From positions 65,821,503 to 65,870,663 of the forward strand of contig NC_068982.1 of NCBI RefSeq assembly GCF_001194135.2: a stretch of DNA of 49,161 bases, in the 5' to 3' direction. Shown in pieces: positions 1-11,710 of the stretch; within the stretch, counting starts at the first letter, position 1, and each line of letters opens with the position of its first letter. Under the pieces are notes generated by a model. The model searched no databases. It saw only the letters and a list, made by a program, of their open reading frames with translations, and was not told the DNA's origin. Both the position numbers and the translations under genes were made by a program. This stretch comes from Octopus bimaculoides. Taxonomy: Eukaryota.

Positions 1-50
1 TACATATACATCTATATGTATACATATACATCTCTCTTTCTCTCTCTCTG

Positions 51-361
51 AAAGTATCTGTCATTACAGTATCGAAATGTGATTGTTTCAGTTAGTGGAA
101 TAGTTTCATTTTTAAGGTGAAAGTATTTGACATGAGTGTTTTTGTTTCACTTTTGACACGTAATACTTAAATAGTGGAGGAGATATTATGTTGCCGTGGG
201 CTCGAACTCTGCAAGAAGTTAAAAAAATTTTTTGACTAAAACACAACTGGAACCCTAAGTAAGGCATGTGTAAAATTTGAATGAAATTGGTTGCGTAGTT
301 CTCGAGTTTTAGGGATTCACACAGACAGACAGACACACATTCTCATTTTTATATATATAGA
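51..361 (-). mobile_element. Probable 5' portion of a non-autonomous Helitron-like element
   Basis: Minus strand begins A|TCTATATATATAAAAATGAGAATGTGTGTCTGTCTGTCTGTG. The TC start after an A and the (CTGT)n tract match the layout of non-autonomous Helitrons. No CTAG/hairpin 3' end was found and the left boundary is approximate. Confidence 0.45.
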
Positions 362-599
362 TAATCTTTTATCAAATTCCATATGCTAAAGCGAACTAAA
401 TTATGCAACACGTTGACAGTATGCTTCTCTGGAAATATAAGCTGTTTTTTATTTCCCACAAGGGGACAACACAATCTGATTTGGGGTCAGATGAACGAAT
501 GGTTATAAACATAAATATGAGATTAAAAATCCACAAAATATGAAAATATAAAAAAATCGAATGATAGGACAACCGGAAGACATTACAGATGGAATAGGG

Positions 600-2331
600 G
601 TGGGGTTAATTCGGATCCCACGAGCCCCGCCTCGCCACTGATACCTGGGATACGTCCTGTGTCGCATTCATGAGGTTACATTCATACGCAACATCCATGC
701 TACATTCTTCCATCGATTTTCGAACATTTTCACAGTCAGGCTTTTTCTCTATAGCCCTATTTTCCTTTTAAGGTGAAAGGTAAAGTAATTTATCAATTCA
801 GGGCCAGAGATGAAGGTGCCTGACTTTAACCCTTTCAGCCTCGTCTTCCAAATCACCTCTCTCGCAGTTGCTACTACAATGAGAAAACAATTCTTACCTT
901 CTTTCGATAGGAAATCAGGCGGGTCAATTTTTACTATAGACTCAGTCGACAGCTGTACTCTTCTTGCACTTGACAACAGTTGTTCAGCTTAAACCCCCAC
1001 GTCTGACACCTTCGAACACTGATCAATAGCGTGTGGGACGGTTTCCCTATCCCGCCCACATCTTGGACAGGTCGAAGGGCCGTGGCTATCATACCTTGTG
1101 AGCTTGTTCCGAACAGGTAAGGCTCCTAGGTGACACTGCCATGCCAGTGACTTCTGAAAGTTGTCCAGGGTCTTCGGCCCGAATGTACGTTGGAACAGAC
1201 TGGCCAGCGGATTATCGTTGAGACCTAGGGTTTCCCCTAAGGTATCGTCACATTCCGCCTCTACAAGCCCTCTATAAAAGAATGCGGTGGAACCTCCACT
1301 GCAAGCATTGCTCGAGCGACGGAATAGTAGGAGAGCCTTGCGACACTCCGTAAACCATGTACCCAACTTCGATCTTCGATAGAACCAAGTTTCCCGTCCA
1401 CCGAAACTAGTAAACTTGGGAAACATCCGTTTCGCTAGCGGAGACCACACCCGTTCACCATCCAGATACAGCCACAGATGCGTCAACCTCAGCGCATGTC
1501 TGCGCATCAACAGCCAAGGCATTCCTAGCTCACCCTTTAATGGTTGTTGGCAGCAAATAGAGCGTCTTACGAGTGGTTTCGAGCCCTTCCACAAGAAATG
1601 GAAGAGCTGTCTTTCCAGCTTGATCAACCACGAATCAGGGCAAGGAACAACGGTTAGGCGGTAGGTGATGACCGATGCGATGAACACATTAGCTACCTCC
1701 ACCCTCCCTCTCAGGGATAGCCATCGTCAAGACCAGGTTTTGACTATGTGGGTCACCCTGCTCGATACCTCAGCCCAGTTCTCTATTTGGAGGTCTGGTC
1801 CGAACCAAACTCCTAGCAACTTAATCGGACCCTCTGTCCAACGTCCCAGGACGCTGTCAGGAGGCATCGACTTGCCTCTCCAGGTGCCGAGTTGCAAGCC
1901 GACTGACTTTTCACGATTAACCTCTGCTCCTGCCACCGTCTCGTAAACCTTAATGGCCTTGCCTACCCTCTGCAGGTGATCCATTTCGGTTACGACGATA
2001 GTGATGTCATTCACTTAAGCTGAAGCCGACTTTCCACAACCTGGTTGTCTCGAGATGCTGCTCAATTTTCGCAGTAATGGCTCAAGAGCCACTAAATACA
2101 AAAACGGGAAGAGCGGACACCCATGGCGAACCGAGTGTTTGATGTTGAACGGCTTCGATAAGAAGCCGTTCACCTGAACTACCGAGTTGAAGTTGTCATA
2201 AATCTGAATGATCCACCCGAGGAAGCCAAGACCCAAGCCGAACTGCGCCAGAACGGATACCAGATACCGATGGTCAACCTTATCAAAAGCCTTTGATTGG
2301 TCTAAATGGACCAGTGCCCACCCTTGCCAGA
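600..2331 (-). mobile_element. 5'-truncated, frameshifted L1/Tx1-clade non-LTR retrotransposon (RT and C-terminal CCHC finger)
   Basis: Fragmented ORFs give LDQSKAFDKVDH, VQVNGFLSKPFNIKHSVRHGCPLFPFLY, IKLLGVWFG, FHFLWKG and CPRCGRDRETVPHAIDQC (zf-RVT-like). Stops and frameshifts lie between ORFs 2015-2236, 1727-2014, 989-1702 and 749-976. The 3' boundary is approximate. Confidence 0.85.
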
Positions 2332-2810
2332 ATCACTATTAAACTCCTCTAAAGTGTACAACTAGTATTTGTTATTTGCAATGCATTTGTAGACTGAGGC
2401 TTTGTAGACGTTTAAATTTTATTAATGAACCAATTAGTTATCAGATAAGACCAAGAGTACCAAATCTCATCTACATTTCTATTTGGTATTGTAATTTTCT
2501 CTCTTTAAAATCAAGATATAACTGGGAAAAAGAAAAGAAAAGAAAAGTAGAAAGAAAAAACAAATGAAAAATATAAAACCAGCAAGTTAAAGTAAACTAT
2601 AGTTACTATCGGATCTAAACATGTTTAAACATGTTTGTTTGCTCTCGCCAAGTACAATTGATTAGAATTGGGAAAGGGTACTGTGTGAGACTGAGTCATC
2701 ATTAAAATACAAATTGTTTGAACAGGTGATTTTCCTCGCAGTGTTTAGATGTATTTTTGTTTCTTATTTCGATAGAAAAAACCCCAACAAAACACAATCC
2801 CTAAATAATA

Positions 2811-3099
2811 TGTCCTTTTCACAGATACCCAATGTCGAAACTTCAAGAGCATAAAATTTATTAAAGGACTGAGCCACATAAAAATAAAAAATAAGACATA
2901 GACAGACATACACACACACAACTATATATAGTTGTGTGTGTGTGTATGTCTGTCTATGCGCGCGCAAACACACACAATTACATGTAAAATATGCAGTTAC
3001 GACACTCCTTTTTTAAATTTTTTTATTTTCCTGTAGCTCAGTCCTTTGATAAATTTTGTGCTCTGGAAGTTTCGACATTGGGTATCTATGAAAAGGACA
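2811..3099. mobile_element. Foldback/MITE-like element with ~80-bp terminal inverted repeats and an internal palindrome
   Basis: 2811-2891 (TGTCCTTTTCACAGATACCCAATGTCGAAACTTC...) is the reverse complement of 3019-3099 with few mismatches. 2897-2958 is a near-perfect palindrome. No clear TSD. Confidence 0.7.
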
Positions 3100-3180
3100 C
3101 GAAAAAACAACAAGACAAGGACGTGGAATAAGTACAGTGTTATTGGACGCTCAGGAAAGGAAAGGAGAGAAAGAGGATTT

Positions 3181-3207
3181 CACGTTTCGAGCGGAGCTCT
3201 TCATCAG
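3181..3207 (-). ncRNA. Minimal type I hammerhead ribozyme motif (PLE-type), cleavage site mutated to GUG
   Basis: Minus strand reads CTGATGA-A-GAGC(TCC)GCTC-GAAA-CGT-G. It has an intact CUGANGA/GAAA core, a 4-bp stem II, a palindromic ACGU stem III and a stem I of AUUU/AAAU. Confidence 0.7.
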
Positions 3208-3373
3208 AAATATAGAAAAAGTCCAAAGAAGGGAAGACGGAGAAAGAAAATCGCCAACGATACACACGCGGTCACATATTATATNNNNNNNNNNNNNNNN
3301 NNNNNNNNNNNNNNNNNNNNNNNNNNNNNNNNNNNNNNNNNNNNNNNNNNNNNNNNNNNNNNNNNNNNNNNNA

Positions 3374-3496
3374 TTCTTTGTAAGCCTAGTACTTATTCTA
3401 TCGGACACTTTTTCCGAACCGCTAAGTTACAGGGACGTAAGCACACCAACATCGGTTGTCAAGCGATGGTGGGGTGACAAACGCAGACACACAAAC

Positions 3497-3543
<47 letters not shown>

Positions 3544-3730
3544 TGTATGTATGTATATTTACGATGGGCTTCTTTCAGTTTCCGTGTGTTTCCGTCTACC
3601 AAATCCACTCACAAGGTTTTGGTCAGCTCGAAGCTATAGTAGCAGACACTTGCCCAAGGTGCCACGCAGTTGGACTGAACCCGGAACCATGTGGTTGGTA
3701 AGCAAGCTACTTACCACACAGCCACACCTG
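3374..3730 (-). mobile_element. tRNA-derived SINE (octopus-type family A), interrupted by microsatellites
   Basis: Reverse complement of the head GTGGCTGTGTGGTAAGTAGCTTGCTTACCAACCACATGGTTCCGGGTTCAGTCC (A and B boxes) plus the core CTTGGGCAAGTGTCT. Homologous to the copy at 47073-47454. Confidence 0.85.
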
Positions 3731-4289
3731 TCCCTATTTACTATTTTAATCAATATTGAGTCATCGCTTACTCATACAGTTATAGTTGCCGTCCCAGCAG
3801 TGTATCAGCTGCTGTATTATTGTCGTTGTTACTGCTACTGCTGATGTTGTTAATTGTTGTTATCGTTTTTCTTTGATTGTAGGTCTACTCAATTAGGGTT
3901 GACCTAGTTCAACAGACCTACGATCAAAGATATTCCACTCGTGACTATCTGGTCTGTTTGTATAAACACAGAACATTATCAAAGTGTTCCTGCTTGTTTT
4001 AAGACGGTGTGATGTGATTTGAGGAAGATTTGACTGCTATTTCTAGCAGATTGAATGACTATATAAAACTACCCCACTTTCGTGTATCAGATCTCTTATC
4101 AAAAGTAATCGAGCCATGATCACCCAATCTTTCCAGAGGTGTGTAAAGTTAAATCATCTAATGTCTCAGTTCCTAAATCGAGACAGTTGGGTATATGATT
4201 CGAGGGCGATTTGGCTACAGTTTCAACAGACTGAACGACAACTTTGAGGGTTTCTTCACTGTCCTTGGACTATTAGCGACCTCCTTAAC

Positions 4290-4536
4290 TTTAATGACTG
4301 TATCGGGTCATTAATAATTCATACAATCGGTTACCCGGTTTCCTTGGCGTACAAGTGACTGAGATCATAACATTCCCTCTAAACGAAACGACAGTGTGCC
4401 GCACGGTTACCCGTTTACAACTGTGTGAATTGGAGCAGCGCAAAATGAAGAGTTTTGGTCCAAAACACAAAGCACCGCACGTTCCGTTAATCGAAACCAC
4501 AATCTTGCGCGCAACACGCTAACCACTAGACCACGC
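4290..4536 (-). mobile_element. Degenerate tRNA-derived SINE (different family)
   Basis: Minus-strand head GCGTGGTCTAGTGGTTAGCGTG...GTGGTTTCGATT has A/B-box-like elements, followed by a decayed core. Confidence 0.45.
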
Positions 4537-4707
4537 ATCTTCAACTAATTGGCTCGAGCTGTTTATACTATGTGAACAACTATTTGGTTTTGTTTGTATA
4601 AACGTTTATGTGTGGTAGTAAGAGTGGTGATAAGCACCTTGTAAAACGAGTCAGCGATTTGTGTTCAATCCCTGGTTGAACCTTCTCCCTTCACTTGTTA
4701 GTCATAC

Positions 4708-4820
4708 CTGTCATTTCCAGTCGAACTCGAATGCAAGAATATGGAAAGATTCCATTGCGAGGACTTGTCTTTGATATGAACTGAAACTGTAATTTCATTT
4801 TTCGGATATTTGAATAGATT
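4708..4820 (-). other. Candidate spliced exon of an unidentified minus-strand transcript
   Basis: Acceptor AATTTTCAG| with a long upstream polypyrimidine tract, and donor ACAG|GTATGA. Two reading frames are open but no homology was recognised. Confidence 0.3.
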
Positions 4821-5299
4821 CTGAAAATTTATTGGAATATAACATATATGTATATGATACAAATCCAAAACTGAGAGAGAAAAAGAAAAAGAAAAAGAGG
4901 GACAAAGAAAGAAAAAAGGAAATAAAAACATCAATTCAACACCAAGTGCCACAATTGGTCGCACACCACAACATTCAACGGAACCTACTGAAGCAAGCCA
5001 ACACGTTCGTGACAATACAGCGGGCAGTGGCGAGACTAAGGCCTCGGAACAGCCAAATATCCTCACGGGCATCACCTGACACCTCGGTGAAGGTGAGCCG
5101 CTAACGATGACTGTAATTGGTTGTGAATTACATCCACGACCCCCAACAAAACTGACAACTTTTGCGAAGCTGAAAGCTGCTTAGTAAAATCAAAGTATTA
5201 TATTATTTTAAAATTTCATGCTATCATGTTATGAGATTATAGGAAAGTGGGTTATACATCATTAGATGTATACCTGACTTTCCTATATAAAATTAAGAA

Positions 5300-5599
5300 T
5301 ATAACGGAACGCCGAACTCCAGACTATCAACATAACAACATTTATTTAAGGTGGTTAATATATACATCTTTAACTCTTGTTTGTTGAGACGTCTTCTGTG
5401 TGTGTGAGCATGGTTGTTGGGACGTTGGTATGTAGATGTAAGCGAGCTGTCTAGAGTAAGTTCGAAAGATGGAGAGAGACAGCTAAACACGTCCTTGCTC
5501 AATCGCTGGCCAGCAAGAAAGAGATAGAATGAAGCGGGAAAGCTTGGTTGTTGAATTCCACGCATGCGTGAGACTACGTATGCGCACAGCGTAACTACA
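5300..5599. mobile_element. Possible degenerate solo LTR
   Basis: Termini are TATAAC (TGTAAC with G>A) and CTACA, like the two better solo LTRs in the window. The flanks AGAA/AGAT match at 3 of 4 positions. Confidence 0.35.
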
Positions 5600-6356
5600 A
5601 GATAAAATGAATTACTAATACCGCTTTTCTAACACAGACACACACACATAAGAAAAGTAATTGTTGTAAGAACCTCGCTTCCTAACCACATCATTCCAGA
5701 TTCAATTCCACTATGTGACACATTGGGTGAATTTGCGCGCGCGTGTGCGTGTGTGTGTGTGTGTGAGTGAGTGTGCGTGTGTGTGTGTTAACCAGAGGTA
5801 CACGAAGCAGATGAAATCAGTTTATACTGGTTACACATCGAAATGAGAATAAATAAATACCAAAGTTAGCATTCTTATTATGCCGAAGCTTCTACCCCAT
5901 TGCTGGGGAATTTAAATTCTCGACTGCCGCTGATGAAGCATTTTTCCGCAACAGAACGATCCAGTAAACATTACAACATAGGAATCATGTGGGTTTGATA
6001 TTTAATGTATAATGTATTCGATGCTGTACAGTGAGTTTGAAGATGTATGCTTTCTTAAACTACCTCTAGGTACGCTATTGGCCAAAACGCTTTTAAGTTC
6101 AACGAGTTGGGTTTGTGCTGGAGGAGCATTGTAAAATTGACAAGTGCTTTGTTTGCATGCGATACTGCGTCCAAATATTTACGCAGGAAAATATCATCTT
6201 TGGATTGAACAACGATACAAAAAGAGGAAAAACTAAAGAAAAAAATGGGACAAAAAACAACAACACAAATAACAATACTGTCAAGTATATGTCAGCCAAA
6301 GGATGTTCAATAGGCGAAATGGAAAAAAATGAGAATTATATGAAAGACATAATATA

Positions 6357-7740
6357 TTAGATTGGCAACTAAGTTCCCGCCGCTTTTTTAAATTTTAATT
6401 TTTTAAAAGGTTTAATAAAAGATAACTAATTAATCAATAATGTATTCACCCTTGTTGTTTACAACTTCTTCCCAACGTTCAACAAGATTTTCAATACCTC
6501 GTTGGTAGAAATCACCCGATTTCGACTCGAAAAATTGATCCAACCAAGCTCTCAATTTTGCATCAGTATTGAACGAAACACCGCGCATAGCGTTTGAAAG
6601 AGATCGAAAGAGGTGGAAATCCGTTGGTGCCAAATCAGGAGAGTACGGCGGGTGTGGCAGCACTTCCCAGCCATGCGTTTGAATGGCTTCCTTNNNNNNN
6701 NNNNNNNNNNNNNNNNNNNNNNNNNNNNNNNNNNNNNNNNNNNNNNNNNNNNNNNNNNNNNNNNNNNNNNNNNNNNNNNNNNNNNNNNNNNNNNNNNNNN
6801 NNNNNNNNNNNNNNNNNNNNNNNNNNNNNNNNNNNNNNNNNNNNNNNNNNNNNNNNNNNNNNNNNNNNNNNNNNNNNNNNNNNNNNNNNNNNNNNNNNNN
6901 NNNNNNNNNNNNNNNNNNNNNNNNNNNNNNNNNNNNNNNNNNNNNNNNNNNNNNNNNNNNNNNNNNNNNNNNNNNNNNNNNNNNNNNNNNNNNNNNNNNN
7001 NNNNNNNNNNNNNNNNNNNNNNNNNNNNNNNNNNNNNNNNNNNNNNNNNNNNNNNNNNNNNNNNNNNTCGGTAAAGAAATCGTTGCTTGTGTCCATGAGT
7101 TGAGCGGTGACGAGCAAGCAAACCAGCGGAGATTGTGGCTCGTTGATTTTTGTTGTTGTCACTTAAATCATGCAGAACCCATGCTCCATACCTCTAAACC
7201 TTTCCCATCGAGTGAAGATGCTTCTCTATAGCAGTGTGGGAGCATTCCATTTTCTCTGTCAGTTCCCTTGTCGTTTGACGAGATTTTTCGTGCAAAGTTG
7301 GTTTAATCGCTCTTCATCGAACTCAACTGGACGGCCAGAACAAGGTGCGTCTTCGAGATCAAAATTTCCATTTTTGAACCTGGCATACCAATAATGAGCG
7401 GTTCTTTCAGCTATGGCACCCTCTCCATACACAGCACAAATGTCGCGAGCAGCTTTTGCGGCTTTAGAACCTTGATTAAAAGCAAAAAGAAGGAGGTGTC
7501 GAAAATGCTCGTTTCTCTTAACTTGACATTCCATTTTAATCATCTGAAAATAAACAAAAATTAACTAGAAAAAAACAAACGAAATAGATTCCAAAATGAT
7601 TCAAAAATAGAATTCTCGAAAGAAATAGATTCCAAAATGATTCAAAAATAGAACTCTCGAAAGAAATAGATTCCAAAATTTAAAAACGCAATAAATTCCA
7701 AAATTTAAAAAAACGGCGGGAAACTTAGTTGCCAACCCAA
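6357..7740 (-). mobile_element. Full-length but defective mariner transposon (centre falls in an N gap)
   Basis: TIRs TT(A/G)G(A/G)TTGGCAACTAAGTT(T)CCCGCCG, with TA at 6355-56 and 7741-42. N-terminal HTH ORF (7259-7543) and C-terminal PHPPYSPDLAPTDFHLF (6430-6663). A 1-bp frameshift near 7285 and an in-frame TAG. Confidence 0.95.
7581..7679. repeat. 41-bp tandem repeat (~2.4 copies) in the mariner 5' subterminal region
   Basis: Unit GAAATAGATTCCAAAATGATTCAAAAATAGAA(T/C)TCTCGAAA at 7581 and 7622, with a partial copy at 7663. Confidence 0.9.
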
Positions 7741-8053
7741 TATACATGTATGTATGTGTGTGTACGAGCGCGCGCCTTTATGTGTGCGTGTGTGTTTGTG
7801 CATGTGTACACATATGTATGTGTATGTATTTGCATTCATTGGTGTATGTATTTTATTCAAGAAGAGTTGTTGTACGTATGCATACACAAATTTTATGTCT
7901 CTCGTTACGTATCAGATGTTATTTAACATTTACACGTGATAACATTGCACATTTTACTTACCCTTCGTAATGCGCACGCACACACATGCACACCAATATT
8001 TTGAGTTTCTTTACTTTCTCTCTCACTTTCTCTCCCTCGCTCGTGCTCTCCCG

Positions 8054-8146
8054 TTCACACCTCTCTTTCTCGCTTCTTCTCCCCTTCACACCTCTCTTTC
8101 TCGCTTCTTCTCCCCTTCACACCTCTCTTTCTCGCTTCTTCTCCCC
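8054..8146. repeat. 31-bp pyrimidine-rich tandem repeat x3
   Basis: TTCACACCTCTCTTTCTCGCTTCTTCTCCCC repeated three times. Confidence 0.9.
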
Positions 8147-8529
8147 TCCACCCCATTTATTCTATTTCTCGCTCTCATCCCATCCTTCATTTTCTTTTGA
8201 CTCACTTTCACTAAGGTCCATACTGTATCTTTATTTTCGGTTCTACTATCCCTCACCCAACGGCTTCTTTTTGCTCTAAACCTGCCATGTAAACGGAGGT
8301 TGAAAATTCGGTATCGTTTTTTTTTCTATTTTTTTTTCTATCTGTGATATAGGTTGTACCATCTTAGTTTTCTGCCATTAACATATGTATTTTCATTGTA
8401 CACATGCTTCCATTGTTGTCGTTTCATTTCGTATTTCTACACTTTTCCGGTACTTGTTTGCTTGCTTTACTTCATGTATTTTCTGTTTCTTTGTCTCTCC
8501 TGTCTCATAATCTTCCTCGTTTTATTTTC

Positions 8530-8626
8530 TTGTTTCTCTCTCTCTCTCTCTCTTTCTTGCTCTCTCTCTCTCTCTCTCTTTCTTGCTCTCTCTCTTTATT
8601 GCTCTCTCTCTCTCTCTCTCTTTCTT

Positions 8627-8700
<74 letters not shown>

Positions 8701-8757
8701 CATAAATATATATATATGATATATATATATATATACATATGTACATACATACATATA

Positions 8758-8792
<35 letters not shown>

Positions 8793-8815
8793 GGTGTGTG
8801 TATATGTATATGTGT
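8530..8815. repeat. Compound microsatellite (CT)n-(AT)n-(ATGT)n
   Basis: Directly visible in the sequence. Confidence 0.95.
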
Positions 8816-9079
8816 ATTAGTTATGGTCGTATGGCAGTGACTATATATGTGTGTATGTATATGCATATATGTACGCGTTTGTGTATATACGGATGTATAC
8901 TTTAGTATGTGTATAAAGACTTTTATCTATAGATACACATATGTTTATAGGTACAGATGTGTCTACGTATATGTGAATGGATCACCATTGCTTGTGAGTT
9001 ATGCATACACACATGTACATGTGTATGTACATGTACGAGAAGACACATTTAGATGTACACATGTACATGTGTATAAATA

Positions 9080-9739
9080 TGTAACGATAAGAATTTGTTG
9101 TTATAACGGCACGTTGTAGAATGCGAAAGATGAACAATGCATGGAGTTTTAAGAAAGTATTTATTTATCGTTACGTTACAATACCTTGCCTCGACGGGCA
9201 GGTTATGATAAATCCAAAAGCATGCGAAGTAAAGTTTGTGTTTGTGTCCTCTTCATTGTTTAGTAGTAATTACAGAGAGAGATAGAATGATGTTGTAAGA
9301 GAACCGAATTAGAGCTAGTGAAAGTTGTAAGGTTGTTTTCTCACAGTTGTTGACAGTAAACTTCATTTCTCCCTCTGACCAAGGTTCTAGCTGGTTAGCT
9401 AGACTTCGTTCTCATTGAGTCGTCACCGACTGGTGACTAATTAACTTTTTGCTTGGGGTTTATGCTTTTATAACAATCCAGGATAGACATATCATTGAGA
9501 ACAATAGATTTAGTTGGTGGTCTTGTTATCTCTATTCTAGCTTTTGGTGAAGTAGAAGAGGTTAGAAAGGGTCAAGTGGTGAAGACATTATTTCGGCCTA
9601 GTTAAAGGCAATCTGGCGAATGTCAAACTGCTGTCACAGAAAAACCATTGTTCGACCGTAGGAAAAGTTCTGTTGCAGTGTTAATTTAAATTTGGCTATG
9701 GTGGATCGAATCCACTTCATGCATGCAAGATCCACTACA
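9080..9739. mobile_element. Solo LTR (660 bp), likely Ty3/gypsy type
   Basis: Termini TGTAAC...CTACA, flanked by a 4-bp TSD AATA (9076-79 and 9740-43). No coding capacity. AATAAA lies on the minus strand near the left end. Confidence 0.7.
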
Positions 9740-9983
9740 AATATATAAGTGTATATCGTTATACACACATGCATCCCCTACAACAACAACAACAACAACA
9801 AGCAGCCCATTCTGAAATAATTCTGTTGATGTAATAATAATTACATTAGGCCGGGTTTATGTAATTCGGCCTTCATTCATCACCGAAACACATGTGGGGA
9901 TGCTATGAATGAATAATTTCAAAACGAACTCGTCAGTCTTGTTTTCACTACATGCATACATATATACATACATACCTGCGAAT

Positions 9984-10027
<44 letters not shown>

Positions 10028-11710
10028 GCAAAATGAATGTGCGGTGTCACGATCAAACTGGAGTAAAATTGATTATGGACAAACCATTCCTTCTAGTCAG
10101 CTGTTGACTGAAGATCAAGGTTATTTCGGCATGTTATCAATAGGATTTCTCATTTTAATGTGCCTAGGAATGGTGTGGAAAACAGGACAATAATTATGCG
10201 AAAATATAGGAAAAATTAGGTATAGCAAATATTTAAGTCTGTTTATTTAACAGAAGATCAGCTCTTATGATTGAGACAGAGGGAACACACGACGAAGTGA
10301 CAAAGAACGTCTTTCGACTAGAATGAAAAAAGGCAACAGACCAGAGACGATCGTGCATGCAGCAACGCTTACAACCTTTTAAGTAGGAATTTTTTGAAAT
10401 CTTGTGCAGTCTGATGGTTGTAGTTTTCCATACTGGAAGCTGGAGATCCTTGATGTGTTGTTGTATATGAGAGAGGAGAGTTCGTAGAAGGGTTCGGGGT
10501 GTTGATTTGCTTTAAGGAGACAAAGAATCTAATGTTTCGGTATTCAGTGAGAGAAAATATGTAAAAAAATTTCCTGCCTTGCAGAACCGTCTGAAAAGTA
10601 TTACAGGCCCCGGATAAATCAATGCATTGGACCCTAAAGTGTTTCACTAACAGAAATCCACAGCATACATAAATCAGAATTGGTCCCAAGGCTCGTGAGG
10701 CCCCCGAGCAATTGGCCAGTGTACCCATACCTTAAGACCACTGCTGCTTTGGTCATCAGATTGCGAGTGAAAAATTGAATAAAGTAAAAGAATGCTGTAA
10801 AAGGGTTGGTGTTAGGAGAGAGTGAGGGAAAACCAGAAATTGTGGTGGGAAGACTCCTGTAGGTGTACGATCAGTAAAAAAGTAAAAAGTGAAAGAAGAA
10901 TAGAGTGAGGTGAAATTTGTAGCAAGATCCATTTCAGCTGAAATGAAAGCGGAATGGTGAGTTTCATGTCAAGTGAGGTAGGATAGTCATGAGTGGGAAT
11001 GCAAGGCACATGCAAACAAAGTGGGCGTGGAAAGGAAATGATCGGGCGAACTGGTAGAGAACTGAGATCAGTAAATAGTGAACGGGAATGTAAAAAATTA
11101 AGAAGCTATAAGGAGTGGTCGGAATATAAAGACATAAAATGTCAAACTTCTGGAAAGGGAATGAGTCCACGTTGGCAAAAACTGCACACAGCTTATGAAA
11201 CCACGCAGTACATCGACGTACATACATTTATTCTTTATTTTGATGCAATTATTGGTTTCTTATGTACGAAGAGGCTTTGTTCATAGCCTTCGTAGTTGCG
11301 TGACTAGAGTGGGAGAGGTCCATTCTGGACTACATTTTATAGAGTCGGTACTTTTGGGTCTGCTGTATAAGCCTGTATTAATTTGTGTCCCGGTGTGGGT
11401 GGTAAACTCAAGAGCTGCCCCGGGTGGCACACACTGACCGACCTATATACATTGGTTTTTCAAATGTACTGCTGGATTCGTAAAAATAATGATAAATCGA
11501 TAAATTTGCTAGGTTTGTAATTTATATTATATGCAACTAGATCCACACTAGCGTAATCCGACTTGGTTATAGTGACACATGGGCAGAACAATGCGAATAC
11601 ATAAGCACCGTACAACAAAGAGTAGTTTTTGAGGGTTGATGGGTATTGAGTAGGTTGAAGGTTGAAAGCAGAATCAAATGAAATTAAGGTATGTATTTAA
11701 GGTCTTACGG

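Noticed and set aside
5881-6215. Short open frames on both strands (e.g. SKDDIFLRKYL.. and YAIGQNAFKF..)
   Set aside because: No convincing family match and no consistent exon chain could be built.
8354-9119. Multiple long ORFs on both strands
   Set aside because: They are translations of microsatellites. The same applies to ORFs spanning N gaps.
9909-10193. 94-aa ORF with a hydrophobic C-terminus
   Set aside because: It runs through (CA)n, has no motif and no splice support.
10680-10745. GC-rich stretch resembling a hAT-MITE terminus
   Set aside because: No matching opposite terminus or TSD was found.
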